Positions 62,146-64,000 of a stretch of DNA of 64,000 nucleotides are shown here, one piece after another (the first letter of the stretch is position 1; the number at the start of each line of letters is the position of its first letter). The translations under genes were made by a program, and so were the position numbers. The DNA comes from Candidatus Levyibacteriota bacterium (GTDB lineage: Bacteria > Patescibacteriota > Microgenomatia > Levybacterales > UBA12049): contig JBBRCK010000004.1 in assembly GCA_038205015.1 (NCBI GenBank), forward strand, positions 4,620 to 68,619, given 5' to 3'. Under the pieces are notes generated by a model. It did no database searches. It saw only the letters and a list, made by a program, of their open reading frames with translations, and had not been told where the DNA came from.

Positions 62146-62172
62146 AAACCTCAAGTGTGATAAAATTAAGCT

Positions 62173-64000
62173 ATGCTAAACGTCTTCGGTAAGTTATTTG
62201 ATTCCAACGAAAAAGAAATCAAAAGGTTAAAAGAAATTGTAGGAAAAATAAATTCTTTGGAAAAAGAAGTTAAAAAATTAAAGCTTACGGATTTCCCCAA
62301 AAAAACAAAAGAATTCAGAGAAAGAATTAAAGATGGAGAGCCGCTGGAAAATATTCTACCCGAAGTTTTTGCAGTTTCAAGAGAAGCGGCCTCAAGATCG
62401 ATCGGGCAAAGACACTATGATGTTCAACTAATGGCGTCAACGGTTTTGGCAGAAGGAAAAATAGCCGAGCAAAAAACCGGTGAAGGAAAAACATTATCAG
62501 CAATCCCCGCTTTATATCTTCATTCGTTAACCGGAAAGAACGTTCATTTAGTTACAGTAAACGATTACTTGGCAAGAAGAGATGCCGGTTGGATGGGTCC
62601 GGTTTTTAATCTTCTTGGTCTTTCAGTAGCTTCTATGATTAGTGAGGAAAGCTTTGTTTTTGATCCGGATTTTACCAATAAAGAAACAACCGATTTTAGA
62701 CTTTTGCATCTTAAGCCAATCACCAGAAAAGAGGCTTATGAAAAAGATGTTGTATATGGAATAAATTCCGAATTCGGTTTTGATTATTTAAGGGACAATA
62801 TGGCGCCTGACGCCGAAAGTTTGGTTCAAAAAGGATTCTACTTTGCAATTGTTGATGAAGTTGATTCGGTATTAATTGATGAAGCAAGAACTCCACACAT
62901 AATTTCAGCACCCGATGAGGCTCCTGCCCAAAAATATTATGAGTATGCAAAACTGGTTGATAAGTTGTCTTCGGACACCGATTATAAAATCGATGAAAAA
63001 TTGAGAACAGCTCATTTAACCGAACACGGAATTGAAAAAATAGAAAAAATTTATGGAGTTTCTAATATTTACGAAAAAGATTTCGATACGGTTTATCATT
63101 TGGAAGCGGCTTTAAAAGCTCGAACTCTCTTCCGTAGGGAAAAAGATTATATTGTAAAAGATAACGAAGTAATTTTAGTTGATGAGTTTACAGGAAGACT
63201 TATGGTTGGAAGAAGGCTTTCCGAAGGACTTCATCAGGCTATAGAAGCAAAAGAAAACGTAACGATTCAGAAGGAATCAAAAACTCTTGCAACGGTTTCT
63301 CTTCAAAATTATTTTAGAATGTATGAACACCTTGCGGGAATGACCGGAACAGCTGTTACGGAAGCTGAAGAGTTTAATAAAATCTATAAATTGGATGTCG
63401 TTGTTATCCCAACTCACAGGGAAATGATAAGAAAAGACTTATCAGATGCAATTTATAAAACATCCAGGGCAAAATATTCGGCCGTTGCCGTAGAAATTGA
63501 AAAAGCATACAAAAAAGGACAACCGGTTTTAGTTGGAACAACTTCGATTGAAAAAAATGAAATTGTCTCAGAACTTCTAAAAAGAAAAGGTATAAAACAT
63601 GAAGTCCTAAACGCAAAAAACCATTTAAGAGAAGCAGAGATTATTGCAAAAGCCGGAGAAAAAGGAGCAGTTACAGTTGCAACTAACATGGCAGGAAGAG
63701 GTGTTGATATTATTTTGGGCGGGGATACCCCGAAAACAAAAGATGGTGAGCAAAAAAGTGATACCAAAGAATGGAAAGACTGGGAGAAAAAACACCAAGA
63801 AGTTTTGGACTTGGGTGGGCTGTACGTAATCGGTACGGAAAGACATGAATCAAGAAGAATAGACAATCAGTTAAGAGGCCGCAGTGGAAGGCAGGGCGAT
63901 CCGGGACAATCACAATTCTTTGTAGGCTTGGATGATGATATCATGAGACTTTTTGGAGGAGAGACTATCTCAGGGTTAATGACGCGTTTTAACATGCCAG
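62173..64000 (+). CDS. secA: Preprotein translocase ATPase SecA (runs off window; not in ORF track)
   Basis: KTGEGKT, VTVNDYLARRDA, IVDEVDS, ATNMAGRGVDI, RHESRRIDNQLRGRSGRQGDPG. Confidence 0.98.
   Translation, partial: MLNVFGKLFDSNEKEIKRLKEIVGKINSLEKEVKKLKLTDFPKKTKEFRERIKDGEPLENILPEVFAVSREAASRSIGQRHYDVQLMASTVLAEGKIAEQKTGEGKTLSAIPALYLHSLTGKNVHLVTVNDYLARRDAGWMGPVFNLLGLSVASMISEESFVFDPDFTNKETTDFRLLHLKPITRKEAYEKDVVYGINSEFGFDYLRDNMAPDAESLVQKGFYFAIVDEVDSVLIDEARTPHIISAPDEAPAQKYYEYAKLVDKLSSDTDYKIDEKLRTAHLTEHGIEKIEKIYGVSNIYEKDFDTVYHLEAALKARTLFRREKDYIVKDNEVILVDEFTGRLMVGRRLSEGLHQAIEAKENVTIQKESKTLATVSLQNYFRMYEHLAGMTGTAVTEAEEFNKIYKLDVVVIPTHREMIRKDLSDAIYKTSRAKYSAVAVEIEKAYKKGQPVLVGTTSIEKNEIVSELLKRKGIKHEVLNAKNHLREAEIIAKAGEKGAVTVATNMAGRGVDIILGGDTPKTKDGEQKSDTKEWKDWEKKHQEVLDLGGLYVIGTERHESRRIDNQLRGRSGRQGDPGQSQFFVGLDDDIMRLFGGETISGLMTRFNMP

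Noticed and set aside
3201-63913. Numerous antisense or off-frame ORFs within long genes (e.g. 6636-7025, 10277-10693, 12954-13436, 36597-36959, 63453-63866)
   Set aside because: Shadows of conserved genes; Ser/Phe/Leu-rich composition expected from the reverse complement of A-rich coding DNA
1-64000. Recoded TGA (code 25) as in Gracilibacteria
   Set aside because: Conserved genes are uninterrupted under code 11, and TGA ends genes properly (e.g. kbl at 57293, tdh at 58231)

Overview
Low-GC housekeeping region of a Patescibacteria (CPR) genome, most consistent with Microgenomates. The assignment is inferred from the absence of rpmD/uL30 in the spc operon, an N-terminally short uL2, a class I LysRS and a near absence of Shine-Dalgarno sites. 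The code is standard code 11. Gene order: RND efflux pair, rpoBC, rpsL-rpsG-fusA, a six-gene variable insert, tuf-rpsJ, the S10/spc/alpha ribosomal cluster through rplM-rpsI, a tRNA-Pro(GGG)-polyprenyl synthase-ispH-idi unit, recA-recX-rny, HU, RNase P RNA, a UvrD/AdnAB-like helicase-nuclease, rmuC, tsaD, greA, kbl-tdh, lysS, rdgB, serS and the 5' part of secA. No CRISPR, transposase, integrase or rRNA was seen. The most unusual signals are: (1) a complete transcription unit before secA encoding only MAKKKKKKK; (2) scattered Arg-rich orphan genes, most with their own near-consensus promoter; (3) terminator-like hairpins in the leaders of rpoB, tuf, rplC and greA; (4) a multibranched RNA in the rny 5' UTR; (5) pervasive leaderless and stop-N-ATG coupled initiation. 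All analysis was by eye; no searches or folding were run.
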